Positions 62,306-64,000 of a stretch of 64,000 nt of DNA are shown piece by piece (within the stretch, counting starts at the first letter, position 1; the number at the start of each line of letters is the position of its first letter). The position numbers and the translations under genes are program-made. The stretch lies in assembly GCA_024276425.1 (NCBI GenBank), contig JAJRXF010000094.1, forward strand, positions 3,152 through 67,151, written 5' to 3'. The notes beneath the pieces are model-generated. The model was not told the DNA's origin. It did no database searches and was given only the letters and a program-made list of their open reading frames with translations. This stretch comes from Actinomycetes bacterium (GTDB lineage: Bacteria > Actinomycetota > Acidimicrobiia > Acidimicrobiales > SZUA-35).

Positions 62306-63711
62306 TAAGCACCGTCGCTCTTGAGAACGGCCGGGATCGTTCGGGCCAGGATCGAGAGGTCGACCAGAAGTGACCAGTTGTCAACGTAGTACAAATCCAA
62401 CCGAGTGTATTCTTCGAAGGTTGTTTCACTGCGGCCCGAGACTTGCCACATGCCAGTGATTCCAGGTTTCACCCGAAGGCGCCCATACAAATCCTGATCC
62501 CACTCCGCCATCTCCGACGCCAAAGCTGGCCGAGGTCCGACCAAGCTCATTTCCCCCTTGATGACGTTGAAGAGTTGGGGAAGTTCATCGAGTGAGGTCT
62601 TACGAAGAAAGGCGCCAGCCTTGGTAACCCGAGGGTCATTCTTCATCTTGAAGAGTGGCCCCGAGCCCTCGTTCTTGTCCCCAAGGTCCTTCAGGATCTC
62701 CTCGGCATCGACCACCATCGTACGGAACTTCATGACGTCAAAGGCAACGCCATCTTGACCAACCCTGGATTGGCGAAAGATGATCGGCCCCGGCGAACCG
62801 CGCCGAATCCACAGTGCAATCAAAGCGAGGACGGGCGCCAGAACAACCATGGCACCAGAGGCCAGAGTGAAGTCGAAGACGCGCTTGGCCACCGCTCTCC
62901 AACCGTTGCGCTGGACGGGCTCGACATAAACCACCGGAAAGCGACCGAGCGGCCGCACCGTCAGGCGCCCAGGATCAATGTCGACCAACGTTGAGCTCAA
63001 CTCAACATGGACACCGGCATCAACAAGATCACGAATGAGACGATTGCTCGCCGCAGTGCTGATCCCGCTGGCCGCGACCACAACTCCGAGCGCCTCCTGG
63101 GAACGGGCAGCGCTCAGAACGAGTGTTGTCAATTCGTTTGGATTATCAGCCTCAAATGGGTCGACGGTCCCGACCACGTCGTAGCCAAGCTGAGGCTCCT
63201 CCTTGAACATGCGAATGAGAAGGCAACTTTCCTCATTCTCTCCAATCATCAGCACACGCCGACGACGTTTGCCTGCCGCTCGCAGTTTCTCATAGCGTCG
63301 ACGAACAACCTCCCTTTCAGCCACGAGACCTATTGCTACCACGACCGTGCTGAGACCAAGCCACGTACGACCAACGTCGAGATTGAAGGCAAAGGCAGCA
63401 ACGGCGCCACAGGCAACGGCCAAGATAACCGAATCGAGGATTCGCCGAATTTCGTCAGAGCGCCGAGTAATGAACCGAGCAACGTACAGCCGGGCTCGCG
63501 CCATCCAGAAGGCCAAAACAATGAGCAAGATTCCAGACGCACCCAGACCGTCCGGACCGGCGGGCACAACCGTACCAGCCAGGGCGAGTCCACCCCCGGC
63601 CACCAAAACATCGAGGCCGACCTGCAGGGCCTTAGTTCGAACCACGGCATTTCCGCCCGAAAGCCTAGGGACTGAGCCCTGATCTGCTTTGCCTTGTTCG
63701 ACTACTACCAC
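62302..63711 (-). CDS. Polyprenyl-phosphate hexose-1-phosphate transferase (WbaP/CpsE-type exopolysaccharide initiating sugar transferase)
   Basis: GTG 63711 is preceded by GGAAG at 7-nt spacing; the track ORF extends to 63831. N-terminal TM bundle. C-terminal catalytic domain KRVFDFTLA...IIFRQSRVGQDGVAFDVMKFRTM...DPRVTKAGAFLRKTSLDELPQLFNVIKGEMSLVGPRP. Confidence 0.87.
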   Translation of the reverse strand: MVVVEQGKADQGSVPRLSGGNAVVRTKALQVGLDVLVAGGGLALAGTVVPAGPDGLGASGILLIVLAFWMARARLYVARFITRRSDEIRRILDSVILAVACGAVAAFAFNLDVGRTWLGLSTVVVAIGLVAEREVVRRRYEKLRAAGKRRRRVLMIGENEESCLLIRMFKEEPQLGYDVVGTVDPFEADNPNELTTLVLSAARSQEALGVVVAASGISTAASNRLIRDLVDAGVHVELSSTLVDIDPGRLTVRPLGRFPVVYVEPVQRNGWRAVAKRVFDFTLASGAMVVLAPVLALIALWIRRGSPGPIIFRQSRVGQDGVAFDVMKFRTMVVDAEEILKDLGDKNEGSGPLFKMKNDPRVTKAGAFLRKTSLDELPQLFNVIKGEMSLVGPRPALASEMAEWDQDLYGRLRVKPGITGMWQVSGRSETTFEEYTRLDLYYVDNWSLLVDLSILARTIPAVLKSDGAY

Positions 63712-63867
63712 TACGCGGCTTCCTTCATCATGGGAGCCAATCTTGGAGGCTCCCCACGTGAATCGGCAGCATGATGCCCGACATGAGACGACAACCCAGA
63801 GATTCTTCGAATCTCGATGACCGGAATCCATTCCCCGATCGGGGGAACCCTCACTCAGACTGCGTCA

Positions 63868-64000
63868 CTACCAGTCGCGCATAACTTGAGCAAGGAGGCG
63901 CACGCCCCTCGCCGTTCCCCCTTTGGTGATCACCCCATCCTCAGCATCGGCTTCGGCCGAGAGTCCGAGGTCAATGTGCACCCAGGGCACCTCAGCAACA
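63868..64000 (-). CDS. pepA: Leucyl aminopeptidase (M17 family), 3' end only; gene continues beyond the window end
   Basis: My minus-strand translation reads ...VAEVPWVHIDLGLSAEADAEDGVITKGGTARGVRLLAQVMRDW-TAG, resembling the M17 C-terminus (W.H.DI.G...G.TG.GVR.L). Short fragment, so the call is tentative. Confidence 0.55.
   Translation of the reverse strand, partial: VAEVPWVHIDLGLSAEADAEDGVITKGGTARGVRLLAQVMRDW

Overview
This is a high-GC actinobacterial chromosome segment of roughly 58-60% GC by eye. The mycothiol ligase MshC, the PIM genes and the gene order all point to Actinomycetota. A non-mycolate lineage such as Acidimicrobiia is my guess only. I recognised no rRNA, tRNA, CRISPR array, transposase or integrase.

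The first ~38 kb is dense housekeeping DNA whose order closely mirrors the Mycobacterium Rv2583c-Rv2614c region. Reading along the minus strand it runs relA-apt-secF-secD-yajC-tgt-queA-ruvB-ruvA-ruvC, then yebC-pdxT-pdxS, then pimA-patA-pgsA-HIT-thrS. After that come plsC, mshC, fabI, an OmpR/HK pair, a tandem CNNM pair, a coiled-coil M23 peptidase, birA/accA, nhaP and lpdA.

From ~38.4 kb to ~59.4 kb the window becomes accessory-like. A cell-envelope glycan locus is interleaved with methylmalonyl-CoA mutase and its chaperone MeaB. The locus contains:
- a Wzm/Wzt ABC exporter whose Wzt carries a C-terminal carbohydrate-binding-type domain
- a SAM methyltransferase fused to a long coiled coil
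- a dual-GT2 enzyme, a 943-aa dual-GT4 enzyme and further GT4s
- a decayed second copy of the coiled-coil/dual-GT2 block, carrying one in-frame TAA
- a co-directional pair of large secreted peptidoglycan hydrolases (Amidase_2/PGRP type and SpoIID/LytB type) that share a collinear C-terminal four-repeat DUF4214-like module

My best candidate for an undescribed system is this combination: a capped-polymer, molecular-ruler-type ABC glycan pathway coupled to an amidase plus SpoIID hydrolase pair with a common targeting module.

The last ~4.5 kb holds a domain-permuted MoeZ-like enzyme (rhodanese-ThiF), a sirtuin, a conserved hypothetical, a polyprenyl-phosphate sugar transferase and the 3' end of pepA.

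A recurring DNA-level oddity is perfect short tandem duplications (15-27 bp units) in at least six promoter-proximal intergenic regions.

All calls come from reading the supplied translations and the sequence by eye. No database search was run.
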